From Chloroflexota bacterium (GTDB lineage Bacteria; Chloroflexota; Limnocylindria; Limnocylindrales; CSP1-4), in the NCBI GenBank assembly GCA_031373765.1, contig JANMNF010000155.1, positions 1-44,636 on the forward strand: a stretch of 44,636 nt of DNA, read 5' to 3'. Both the position numbers and the translations under genes were made by a program. This document shows, piece after piece, positions 19,942-28,577 of this stretch (the stretch's first letter is position 1; the number at the start of each line of letters is the position of its first letter). The notes beneath the pieces are model-generated. The model had not been told where the DNA came from, did no database searches, and saw only the letters and a list, made by a program, of their open reading frames with translations.

Positions 19942-20958
19942 ATGGCCCGACGGCCCGATCCGGGCGGTCTCGAAGGCGTGCTGATCGTCGCGAAACCAGC
20001 CGGCCCGACCTCCCACGACGTTGTGGCGCTCGTGCGGCGCCTGAGCGGGACACGTCGCATCGGTCACGGCGGAACGCTGGATCCCTTTGCGTCCGGCGTT
20101 CTGCCCCTTTACCTCGGCGGCGCAACGCGCCTCGTCGAGTACCACCTCGGGGATCGAAAGCGCTATCGGGCCACCGTCTGCTTCGCGGCATCGTCGAGCA
20201 CCGACGATCTCGATGGTGAGTTGACGCCCGTCGACGGCCCGACGTTGTCGTCCGAGGCGGTCAACCTCGCTCTCGAAGCCTTCCGAGGGCCCATCAGCCA
20301 GCGTCCGCCGGTCTATTCAGCCATCCAGGTAGGGGGCAGGCGCGCCTATGCGCTGGCTCGCGAAGGCTCACCTCAGGACCTGCCCGAGCGCCAGGTGACC
20401 ATCCACGAGCTCGAGCTGGTCGCCTGGAACGCCGACGATCCCGCCCGACCCATCGCCATTCTCGATGTCGCGTGTTCCGCCGGTACGTACATCCGCGCCA
20501 TCGCCCGTGACCTGGGCGCGGCGCTGGGCAGTGCCGCGTACCTCGGAGCGCTGACGCGAACGGGCAGCGGTTCGTTCGACCTGGAAGGGGCGCTGAGCCT
20601 CGAGTCGCTTCGAAACGCCGCGACCGACGGCCCTGAAAGCCTGACTGCGCTCCTTCTTCCAGCCGATGCCGGCCTCGAGGCGTTGCCGTCCGTTCGTCTG
20701 ACGGCCACCGAGATCCGGGATGCCCGGATGGGGCGGTTCGTTCGACCCGACGCCGGCCTGACGAACCTGCCGGCAGATGCACCCATTCGCCTGGTCGATG
20801 AAGAGGATCGAATCGTGGGTGTGGGCCTTCTCGATGGGCGTCGGATCGCGCCATCGAAGATGCTCAGCGGCATCAACGAGGCAACACCAGATGCGATGGC
20901 CGGTGCAATACCAGATCCGGCGGATGCGACGTCACCGAGCGAGACAGCGGGTGGGTGA
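19942..20958 (+). CDS. truB: tRNA pseudouridine(55) synthase
   Basis: KPAGPTSHDVV, GHGGTLDPFASGVL, PPVYSA, CSAGTYIR. Confidence 0.98.
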   Translation: MARRPDPGGLEGVLIVAKPAGPTSHDVVALVRRLSGTRRIGHGGTLDPFASGVLPLYLGGATRLVEYHLGDRKRYRATVCFAASSSTDDLDGELTPVDGPTLSSEAVNLALEAFRGPISQRPPVYSAIQVGGRRAYALAREGSPQDLPERQVTIHELELVAWNADDPARPIAILDVACSAGTYIRAIARDLGAALGSAAYLGALTRTGSGSFDLEGALSLESLRNAATDGPESLTALLLPADAGLEALPSVRLTATEIRDARMGRFVRPDAGLTNLPADAPIRLVDEEDRIVGVGLLDGRRIAPSKMLSGINEATPDAMAGAIPDPADATSPSETAGG

Positions 20959-21766
20959 CGCTCGGGTGCCCGTGCCCGAGGTCGTCCACGGGATCGATGC
21001 GCTCGCGCGTGACCATGGACGGCTGTTCGTCGTCGTTGGCGTATTTGATGGCCTGCACCTGGGCCACGCGTACCTGCTTCGCCACCTGAAGACCGCGGCG
21101 CAGGTGCGAAATGCCCGCACGGCTGTCATCACCTTCGATCACCATCCGGACGAGATCCTCATCGGCTCCGCCCCGCCCCTCCTGTGCGATCCGGACGACC
21201 GCCTCGAGCTTCTCGCTGAAGCCGGCGTCGATGTGACGATCGTGCAGACCTTCGACGACGCTCTTCGGATGACCCCATACGACGCCTTCATTCGACGAAT
21301 CGCCGATCGGGTCGATCTGGCCGGATTGCTCATGACGCCGGATGCGGCGTTCGGCCACGAACGCAAGGGCACGCCCGACGCCGTGGCGGCCCTTGGCGCC
21401 GAACTCGGCTACGACGTCGTCGTGGTCCCACCCATGGACCTCGGTGGCCATCCCGTGCGCAGCGGCGAGATCCGCGCGGCCATTGCCGACGGTGATCTCG
21501 GGCGCGCGGCCGGAATGCTCGGACGACCCTATGTCGTTCGCGGGTTCGTCGACCAGGCGAAGGCGACGGACGTACGGCTGCGGTTTCCGATGCCGGTAGC
21601 GCTGCCTCCGCACGGCGAGTATCGGGTTCGCGCCGGAACGGATCTCGACCCCTCGGCGAATGCAAGACCTGATATCGCCGACATCGATGTCAACGGCATT
21701 GTTCACCTGCGAGACGGCTCGTTCCTCGCGACCTCCACGCGCGTTCGGGTGACGTTCGAGTCCTGA
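20951..21766 (+). CDS. ribF: RibF-like FAD synthetase: FMN adenylyltransferase domain intact, riboflavin kinase domain degenerate
   Basis: GVFDGLHLGH, ITFDHHP, FG..RKG, EIR.AI..GD...A..MLGRPY; no GFPTAN afterwards. Start is one of GTG 20951, 20966 or 20972. Confidence 0.85.
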   Translation: MGDARVPVPEVVHGIDALARDHGRLFVVVGVFDGLHLGHAYLLRHLKTAAQVRNARTAVITFDHHPDEILIGSAPPLLCDPDDRLELLAEAGVDVTIVQTFDDALRMTPYDAFIRRIADRVDLAGLLMTPDAAFGHERKGTPDAVAALGAELGYDVVVVPPMDLGGHPVRSGEIRAAIADGDLGRAAGMLGRPYVVRGFVDQAKATDVRLRFPMPVALPPHGEYRVRAGTDLDPSANARPDIADIDVNGIVHLRDGSFLATSTRVRVTFES

Positions 21767-21859
21767 CATGGGCGACAACCCGAGACGCGCCCGGACGCGT
21801 CGCCTGCGCCGCGCCAGAGCCGGCGCTGATCGGGCCGCCTTGATCAATCGGGCCGTCCC

Positions 21860-21868
21860 TGCTAGCAT
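21860..21868 (+). promoter_or_regulatory. Extended -10 promoter (TGnTAGCAT) for rpsO-pnp
   Basis: TGCTAGCAT about 57 nt before the rpsO start. Confidence 0.5.
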
Positions 21869-21924
21869 GGGTCGGTCATACAGAAATGGAATGCATACAG
21901 TCACGTTCGCTTTCGGAGGAACGA

Positions 21925-22194
21925 GTGCCGCTCGCGCGGGATGAAAAGCAGGAGATCATGACCGGGTTTGCCGTCAAGGACGGTGATACCGGCTCGCCCG
22001 AAGTTCAGGTTGCGCTCCTCACGGGGCGGATCACAGGGCTGACGGAGCATCTTCGGAGCTTTCCCAAGGACAACCATTCGCGCCGCGGACTCCTCAAGCT
22101 CGTCGGCCAGCGCCGTCGCCTTCTCGCCTATCTCGTGAAGAAGGACAACTCGCGCTACCGCGCCGTCATCGCACGGCTCGGACTTCGCCGCTAG
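21925..22194 (+). CDS. rpsO: 30S ribosomal protein S15
   Basis: [20 protein letters not shown]....[21 protein letters not shown]; GTG 21925 after GGAGGA gives 89 aa. Confidence 0.99.
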   Translation: MPLARDEKQEIMTGFAVKDGDTGSPEVQVALLTGRITGLTEHLRSFPKDNHSRRGLLKLVGQRRRLLAYLVKKDNSRYRAVIARLGLRR

Positions 22195-22209
22195 CGCCAC
22201 GCCGCTGTT

Positions 22210-22232
22210 GACCCTGGGTTGATCCCGGGGTC
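22210..22232 (+). promoter_or_regulatory. rpsO-pnp intercistronic hairpin
   Basis: GACCCTGGG-TTGAT-CCCGGGGTC, a 9-bp stem with one G-U pair; terminator or processing stem. Confidence 0.45.
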
Positions 22233-22312
22233 TTGCGCATCGGGCGCCCGTCGAGACCGGCCCAGCCAGGAACCCTCGTCACCTCCTCCGCGAACAGGAG
22301 GAACACACACCA

Positions 22313-24895
22313 GTGTCCACAACTCTTGAAACCGAGATCGGTGGTCGAACGCTGACCATCGAAACGGGCAAGCTCGCTCGTCTCGCCGGTGGCGCAGTCA
22401 CCATCCGCTACGGCGACACCATGGTGCTCGGCACCGCCAACCGCTCCGATCCACGCCCGGGACTCGATTTCTTCCCGCTCACCGTGGAATTCGAAGAGCG
22501 CATGTACGCCGCGGGCAAGATCCCGGGCGGCTTCATCAAGCGCGAGGCGCGAGCCTCCGAGGCAGCAACCCTTGCGGCCCGCCTCACGGACCGGCCGATC
22601 CGGCCGTTGTTCCCCGAGGGCTACAAGGACGACATCCAGCTCGTCATCACGGTCCTTTCAACGGACCAGGAGAATGAGCCCGACGTCATCGGGACCGTGG
22701 CTGCGTCCGCGGCGCTGACGATCAGCGAGATCCCGTTCAACGGGCCCGTCGGGGCCGTCCGCATCGGACGGATCGATGGTGAGTTCGTTGTCAACCCGAC
22801 GTACAGCCAGCTGGCCGACTCGGAGCTCGACCTCATCGTCTCCGGCACGCGTGACGCGATCATGATGGTCGAGGCCGGCGCGAAGCTCCTTCCGGAAGAC
22901 GTGATGGCCGAGGCCATCCTCTTCGGGCACAAGGCGCTCCAGCCGCTCATCGATATCCAGCTTGAGCTCCAGAAGCTCGTCGGCAAGGCCAAGAGCACGC
23001 CGTTCCTCGAGGCCGGCCTCGGTTCGGTCCTCGAATTCGGTCGTGCGGTCGAAGCCGGCGAAGAGTTCGTCGTCGTTGACGTCGAAACGACCGGCACGGA
23101 TCCGAAGATGGCCGATCTCGTCGAGATCGCGGCCGTCAAGGTCAAGGGCGGCAAGATCACCGACCGGTGGTCCACGCTCGTGAACCCGGGACGCGCTATC
23201 GTCGGCAACCAGATGCACGGCATCAAGGACGCGGACGTCAAGAAGGCGCCGAGCCCCGCAGAAGCTGCCAAGCAGGCGGTCAAGTTCATCGGCAAGTCCA
23301 AGGTCGTCGGCCACTCGGTCGGGTTCGATCTGGGCTTCCTCGAGGCGGCCCTGGCCGACGGAACCCACTTCGAATCCGGTTCCTACCTCGACACCCTGAC
23401 GATCGCCCGCGAGGGCTACCCGGATCTCGAGAACTACAAGCTCGAGACCCTTTCAAGGTTCTTCGGCATCGAACTGTCGCAGGCACATCGTGCCGGCCCG
23501 GACGCCGAGGCCACCGCGAACCTCCTCATCTGGTTCGGCAACGACCTGCCGGGACGCCTGAAGGCGCTTCGCGAGGGGATTGCCGCTTCCATCCGGGCAA
23601 CGCGCTCGGGCGGGGACAGCAAGGCGCTTGCCGAGGCCGCTCGCCGCGAGGCACGGGTCAGCAAGAACCTGTTCAGCCTGACCAACAAGAAGGTCGCTCG
23701 CCAGATGGCCCTCGACGAGGGCATCCGGATGGACGGCCGCGGCCTCACGGAGCTCCGCCAGATCTCGGTCGATGTCGGCGTCCTGCCGCGCGCCCACGGG
23801 TCCGGCCTGTTCACCCGCGGTGAGACCCAGGTCCTGACCGTAGCGACCCTCGGATCGTCCTCGGACGTCCAGCGGATCGACACGATCAGCCCCAAGACCG
23901 AGAAGAAGTACATCCACCACTACAACTTCCCGCCCTACTCGACGGGCGAGAACAAGCCGATGCGTGGCCCGAGCCGTCGTGACATCGGACACGGGAACCT
24001 GGCCGAGCGGGCCCTCATCCCCGTGCTCCCGACGCATGACGAATTCCCCTACGTCATCCGGCTGGTCTCCGAGTGCCTGAGCTCCAACGGCTCGACCTCG
24101 ATGGCCTCGACCTGTGGATCGACGCTCGCCCTCATGGACGCCGGCGTGCCGATCTCGGCCCCGGTTGCCGGTGCGGCGATGGGCCTGATCAGCGAGCCGG
24201 ACGGCCGGTTCGTGGTCCTGACCGACATCCTCGGCAAGGAGGACTCGGTCGGCGACATGGACTTCAAGGTGACCGGTACGCGGGACGGCATCACCGCCCT
24301 GCAGATGGACATCAAGGTCCAGGGCATCAACGAGGCGATCATCCGCGGCGGCCTCAAGCAGGCCCTTGCGGCCCGTCTCGAGATCCTCGACAAGATGATG
24401 GAAGTCATGCCCGAGACTCGTGGCCAGATGAGCGACTTCGCGCCGCGCATCACCACGATCAAGATCAACCCGGAGAAGATCCGCGAGATCATCGGCAAGG
24501 GCGGATCGATGATCCGCAAGATCCAGGAAGAGACCCAGACCGAGATCAACGGCGAGGACGACGGCACCGTCGAAATCGCCGCGGTGAGCGGCGAGAACTC
24601 ACGGAAGGCGATCCAGTGGATCGAAAGCCTGACCCGTGAGGTCGAAGTCGGCGCCCTGTACCTCGGCAAGGTCACCCGGATCATGGGCTTCGGCGCCTTC
24701 GTCGAGATCCTGCCGGGCAAGGAAGGCCTCGTCCGGATCGGCGAGCTCGCCGATTACCACGTGCCGACCGTCGAGGACGTCGTGAGCGTCGGGGACGAGG
24801 TCATGGTTGTCGTGATCGAAGTCGATCGTCAGGGACGGGTCAACCTGTCCCGCAAGGCCGCCATGCAGCGACACCTGGCGAAGGATCCCGCCTGA
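22313..24895 (+). CDS. pnp: Polyribonucleotide nucleotidyltransferase (PNPase) with an inserted DEDDh exonuclease domain (860 aa)
   Basis: PH1 (DFFPLTV, KIPGGFIKRE, RLTDRPIRPLF), PH2 (RMDGR, HGSGLFTRGETQ, RRDIGHG, SNGSTSMAS, EDSVGDMDFK), KH (IIGKGG) and S1 (FGAFVEI); rpsO-pnp synteny; SD AGGAGGA. Confidence 0.99.
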   Translation: MSTTLETEIGGRTLTIETGKLARLAGGAVTIRYGDTMVLGTANRSDPRPGLDFFPLTVEFEERMYAAGKIPGGFIKREARASEAATLAARLTDRPIRPLFPEGYKDDIQLVITVLSTDQENEPDVIGTVAASAALTISEIPFNGPVGAVRIGRIDGEFVVNPTYSQLADSELDLIVSGTRDAIMMVEAGAKLLPEDVMAEAILFGHKALQPLIDIQLELQKLVGKAKSTPFLEAGLGSVLEFGRAVEAGEEFVVVDVETTGTDPKMADLVEIAAVKVKGGKITDRWSTLVNPGRAIVGNQMHGIKDADVKKAPSPAEAAKQAVKFIGKSKVVGHSVGFDLGFLEAALADGTHFESGSYLDTLTIAREGYPDLENYKLETLSRFFGIELSQAHRAGPDAEATANLLIWFGNDLPGRLKALREGIAASIRATRSGGDSKALAEAARREARVSKNLFSLTNKKVARQMALDEGIRMDGRGLTELRQISVDVGVLPRAHGSGLFTRGETQVLTVATLGSSSDVQRIDTISPKTEKKYIHHYNFPPYSTGENKPMRGPSRRDIGHGNLAERALIPVLPTHDEFPYVIRLVSECLSSNGSTSMASTCGSTLALMDAGVPISAPVAGAAMGLISEPDGRFVVLTDILGKEDSVGDMDFKVTGTRDGITALQMDIKVQGINEAIIRGGLKQALAARLEILDKMMEVMPETRGQMSDFAPRITTIKINPEKIREIIGKGGSMIRKIQEETQTEINGEDDGTVEIAAVSGENSRKAIQWIESLTREVEVGALYLGKVTRIMGFGAFVEILPGKEGLVRIGELADYHVPTVEDVVSVGDEVMVVVIEVDRQGRVNLSRKAAMQRHLAKDPA
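23066..23540 (+). other. DEDDh (DnaQ/epsilon-like) 3'-5' exonuclease domain in frame inside PNPase (about aa 252-409)
   Basis: ExoI FVVVDVETTG (D256, E258), LVEIAAV, LVNPG, HGI.D.DV..AP, ExoII GHSVGFD (D339), LDTL..AR..YP....YKL..L..FFGI, ExoIII HRAGPDA (H392, D397). Confidence 0.95.
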
Positions 24896-24912
24896 CCCTG
24901 GTTCGAACCTGG

Positions 24913-24941
24913 GAGCTCCTCGACAGCGCGTCGGGGAGCTC
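24913..24941 (+). terminator. Hairpin after pnp (probable terminator)
   Basis: GAGCTCCTCGAC-AGCGC-GTCGGGGAGCTC, a 12-bp stem with no clear U-tract. Confidence 0.6.
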
Positions 24942-25014
24942 TCGCAGAGCACGGCAGGACGGGCCCCGAATACCACCTTCAGCGGGTCGCCTCCCCGGAG
25001 GGAGCGCAACCCGC

Positions 25015-25023
25015 TGCTATACT
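25015..25023 (+). promoter_or_regulatory. Extended -10 promoter (TGnTATACT) for the asd-udg-rnj-ftsK run
   Basis: TGCTATACT, identical to the motif upstream of rplS. Confidence 0.6.
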
Positions 25024-25069
25024 CGGCCGGTGCCCGCATGATCAACCATCCCCGCGGAGCCATGCCCGG

Positions 25070-26137
25070 ATGAGCGCCCGAAGCCCACTCACCGTCGCGG
25101 TCGTCGGCGCCACCGGCGTCGTCGGTCGAACGATGGTTCAGGTACTTGCCGAACGGAACTTTCCGATCGGCGAGTTGCGCCTGCTTGCATCGGGTCGATC
25201 GGCAGGCCGCATGGTCTCAGCCGCAGGCCGGACCATCGAGATCCTCGAGGCCACGCCCGACGCGTTCCAGGGGGTCGACATTGCCCTGTTCAGCGCAGGT
25301 GGTGACATCTCAACGGAACTTGCCCCGCAGGCCGCCGCACGGGGCGCGACCGTCATCGACAACTCGTCGGCCTGGCGCATGGATCCGGCTGTGCCGCTGG
25401 TCGTGAGCCAGGTCAACCCCGACGACCTCGCCTGGCACGAGGGTATCGTCGCCAACCCGAACTGTTCGACCATGCAACTCGCGCCGATCCTCATGGCGCT
25501 CCGGGACGCGGTCGGTATCGAGCGGGTCGTCGTCGATACGTACCAGTCTGTCTCCGGGACCGGGGCGGATGCGCTGGTTGAGCTCGAGGGCCAGGTCCGG
25601 GCCCACGTTGCCGGCGAGCCCCTCACGGCTTCGGTCTACCCGCATCCGATTGCCTTCAATGCCCTTCCCGAAATCGATGTCTTCATGCCCGATGGCTCGA
25701 CGAAAGAGGAGTGGAAGGTCGTGGCCGAAAGTCGCAAGATCCTTCATCTCCCGGATCTGCGGGTTGCCTGCACGGCCGTCCGCGTCCCTGTGTTCGTGAG
25801 CCATTCCGAAGCCGTCCACGTTGAAACCACGCGCCCGATCGACCCCGACCGCGCGAGGGCGCTGTTCGCGTCCGTGCCGGGCGTGATCGTCGAGGACGTT
25901 CCGAGCCAGCACGAATATCCGCTCGCGACGCGGGCTGCGGGACGCGATGAGATCTTCGTCGGGCGGGTTCGCCAGGATGCGTCCATTGCCGACGGCCGCG
26001 GCCTCTCGATGTGGGTCGTCTCGGACAACCTGCGCAAGGGCGCCGCAACGAACGCGGTCGAGCTCGCCGAAGTCCTCGTGGCCCGAGGATGGGTCCGGGC
26101 AGCGGCACGACGCGTGGCCAATGAGGCCCGCGCGTGA
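25070..26137 (+). CDS. asd: Aspartate-semialdehyde dehydrogenase
   Basis: VVGATGVVG, IDNSSAWRM, ANPNCST, YQSVSGTG, RVPVFVSHSE, DNLRKGAA. Confidence 0.99.
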   Translation: MSARSPLTVAVVGATGVVGRTMVQVLAERNFPIGELRLLASGRSAGRMVSAAGRTIEILEATPDAFQGVDIALFSAGGDISTELAPQAAARGATVIDNSSAWRMDPAVPLVVSQVNPDDLAWHEGIVANPNCSTMQLAPILMALRDAVGIERVVVDTYQSVSGTGADALVELEGQVRAHVAGEPLTASVYPHPIAFNALPEIDVFMPDGSTKEEWKVVAESRKILHLPDLRVACTAVRVPVFVSHSEAVHVETTRPIDPDRARALFASVPGVIVEDVPSQHEYPLATRAAGRDEIFVGRVRQDASIADGRGLSMWVVSDNLRKGAATNAVELAEVLVARGWVRAAARRVANEARA

Positions 26138-26874
26138 CGTCCGCCGAGCGCCGTGCTGCGCTCGAGGTCATCGCAGCCGAGGTCACGTCCTGCACCCGTT
26201 GTCGATTGCACGCTGGCCGGACGAAGTCCGTGCCGGGTGAGGGCCACCCGGATACCGAGGTCGTCTTCGTCGGTGAAGGTCCCGGAATGAACGAGGATCG
26301 CGCCGGTCGGCCGTTCGTCGGGCGTGCCGGCGATCTGCTCGTCCGGATGCTCGGGACCGTCGGCTGGCAGCGCGATGAGGTGTTCATCACCAACGTCGTC
26401 AAGTGCCGGCCGCCCGACAATCGAGATCCTGAGCCGGATGAGATCGAGGCCTGCCTCCCATACCTGCAACGCCAGCTGGCCGTGATTGATCCACCGCTCA
26501 TCGTGACCCTCGGTCGCCACTCGATGGCCAGGTTCATCCCTGACGCGAAGATCAGCCAGATCCACGGCACGAGCCATCCCGTGGACCCGGCGACGGGAGC
26601 CTCGAGCGCCACGGTCTATGCGATGTACCACCCGGCCGCCGCGTTGCGCTCGTCCGACGTGGAGCGCCAGAGTTTTGAGGACGCCGCCGGGATCCCGGCC
26701 GCCCTCCTCGAGGCACGCGCGCGCCGGAGCGGACCGATCGGGGAAGCACAGCCTGCAAACGGCGCGGCGCGCGCCACTGAACCGCCACCACTGCCAATGG
26801 CCGACCAGCGGCCGACACCAACCACCGAATCCATCACCATGAACGCGGCGCCTGACGCGCCGACCCTTTTCTGA
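26134..26874 (+). CDS. Family 4 uracil-DNA glycosylase ([4Fe-4S])
   Basis: CTRCRL, VGEGPG..ED..GRPFVG, NVVKCRPPDNRDP, YHPAA. Confidence 0.95.
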   Translation: MTSAERRAALEVIAAEVTSCTRCRLHAGRTKSVPGEGHPDTEVVFVGEGPGMNEDRAGRPFVGRAGDLLVRMLGTVGWQRDEVFITNVVKCRPPDNRDPEPDEIEACLPYLQRQLAVIDPPLIVTLGRHSMARFIPDAKISQIHGTSHPVDPATGASSATVYAMYHPAAALRSSDVERQSFEDAAGIPAALLEARARRSGPIGEAQPANGAARATEPPPLPMADQRPTPTTESITMNAAPDAPTLF

Positions 26875-26889
26875 ACGGAACCAATCACC

Positions 26890-28575
26890 ATGCCCAAACG
26901 CACCAAGCCTGAACCAGAAGGCACGCCACTCCGCATCATCCCGCTCGGCGGGGTGGGGGAGATCGGCAAGAACATGTACGTCTTCGAGTACGGCGATGAC
27001 ATCGTCGTCATCGACTGCGGCCTCATGTTCCCGGACGAGGAGATGTACGGCATCGACCTCGTCATCCCGGACATCACATACCTCAAGGAGCGCCGCGCCA
27101 ACGTCAAGGCGTTCATCATCACCCACGCTCACGAGGACCATGTCGGCGCCCTGCCGTACGTCCTGCCGGAGTTCCCGGGTGTCCCGGTCTACGCTTCGAA
27201 GCTGGCCCGGGGCCTGCTCGGCAACAAGGTCAAGGAGCACAAGCTCCACAACAATCCGCTTCTGCCGCTCGAGCCGGGCGACGAGATCCAGATCGGTCCG
27301 TTCGGCGTCGCGCCGTTCCGGGTCGGCCACTCGATCCCGGACGCGATGGGGATCGCGTTGCGCACCCCGGTGGGCGTCGTGGTTCACACGGGCGACTTCA
27401 AGTTTGACCACACGCCTGTTGACGGGCGCCTGTCCGATTTTCACATCCTGGCCCGGTTCGGCGAAGAGGGCGTCATCTGCCTCCTGTCCGACTCGACCCG
27501 AGCCGAGAATCCCGGCTACACCCCATCCGAGCGAACCGTTGGCGACGCCTTCCGCGAAATCATGGAGCCACTCGATGGCCGGGTGATCGTGGCGACGTTT
27601 GCGAGCAACATCGCGCGGGTCCAGCAGGTTCTCGATGCCGCGGCGACCTTCGATCGCAAGGTCACGGTCATCGGACGCTCGATGGAACAGAACTTCCGGA
27701 TCGCGACCGATCTCGGGTACCTCAAGCATGCGCCGGGCATGATCGTGCCCAAGGACCGCCTCAACGAGGTTCCCGACGACAAGCTGGTGATCTGCACCAC
27801 CGGAGCGCAGGGCGAGCCCATGGCGGGCCTCGCGCGGATGGCGAATCGGGACCACCGTTTCGTCGAGATCAAGACCGGCGATACCGTCATCGTGAGCGCC
27901 AGCCCGATCCCGGGCAACGAGGAATACGTCAGTCGGACGATTGACAACCTGTTCAAGGCCGGCGCCAATGTCTTCTATCACACCATCAAGCGCGCCCACG
28001 TCTCCGGTCACGCCAGCCAGGAAGAGCTCAAGCTGATGCTCGGCCTGACCAAGCCGAAGCACTTCATCCCGATCCACGGGGAATTCCGGATGCAGGTCCA
28101 GCACGGGCGCCTGGCGATCGAGACGGGCGTCGAGCCCGAGAACGTCTTCATCATCGAGAACGGCCAACCGATCGAGTTCCTGGCTGACGGGACGGCCCGT
28201 CGAGCCGCGCCGGTGCCCGCCGGCTACGTATTCGTGGATGGCCTTTCGGTTGGTGATGTCGGCGAGGTCGTATTGCGCGACCGCCGGGCCCTCGCGAATG
28301 ACGGCATGTTCATGATCGTCGTGACCGTGGACAAGCAGACCGGCAGCGTCATCGGGCGACCTGAGATCATCACCCGTGGCTTCATCCACGGCGCAGAGCA
28401 TGACCGAGTCGTCGAGGCGGCCGTCGAGCGCGTCATCAAGTCGGTCCAGACGCCGGGTGACCACATCAGCGAGGTCGCGCTGCTCAAGACCCAGATCAAG
28501 GAAGGCGTGTCCCGCTTCCTGTATGAGCAGACGAAGCGCCGTCCGATGGTCTTCCCCGTGGTCGTCGAGGTCTGA
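26890..28575 (+). CDS. rnj: Ribonuclease J
   Basis: PLGGVGEIGKNM, THAHEDHVG, HSIPD, GDFK, FASN..R, TGAQGEP, HVSGHA, PIHGE. Confidence 0.99.
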   Translation: MPKRTKPEPEGTPLRIIPLGGVGEIGKNMYVFEYGDDIVVIDCGLMFPDEEMYGIDLVIPDITYLKERRANVKAFIITHAHEDHVGALPYVLPEFPGVPVYASKLARGLLGNKVKEHKLHNNPLLPLEPGDEIQIGPFGVAPFRVGHSIPDAMGIALRTPVGVVVHTGDFKFDHTPVDGRLSDFHILARFGEEGVICLLSDSTRAENPGYTPSERTVGDAFREIMEPLDGRVIVATFASNIARVQQVLDAAATFDRKVTVIGRSMEQNFRIATDLGYLKHAPGMIVPKDRLNEVPDDKLVICTTGAQGEPMAGLARMANRDHRFVEIKTGDTVIVSASPIPGNEEYVSRTIDNLFKAGANVFYHTIKRAHVSGHASQEELKLMLGLTKPKHFIPIHGEFRMQVQHGRLAIETGVEPENVFIIENGQPIEFLADGTARRAAPVPAGYVFVDGLSVGDVGEVVLRDRRALANDGMFMIVVTVDKQTGSVIGRPEIITRGFIHGAEHDRVVEAAVERVIKSVQTPGDHISEVALLKTQIKEGVSRFLYEQTKRRPMVFPVVVEV

Positions 28576-28577
28576 GC

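Noticed and set aside
23066-23540. Possibility that the PNPase insert is an intein, intron or mobile element
   Set aside because: No intein termini (no His-Asn followed by Cys/Ser/Thr), no homing-endonuclease motif, no terminal repeats. The insert is a clean DEDDh fold with host-like codons.
24542-24565. PNPase KH segment EINGEDDG with Gly where a hydrophobic residue is usual
   Set aside because: A single substitution (GGC versus GTC) cannot be told apart from polymorphism or read error.
25030-25073. Chain of tiny overlapping uORFs before asd (GTG-CCC-GCA-TGA, then MINHPRGAMPG* overlapping the asd ATG)
   Set aside because: No enrichment for Lys, Thr, Met or Asp codons and no attenuator structure; probably chance.
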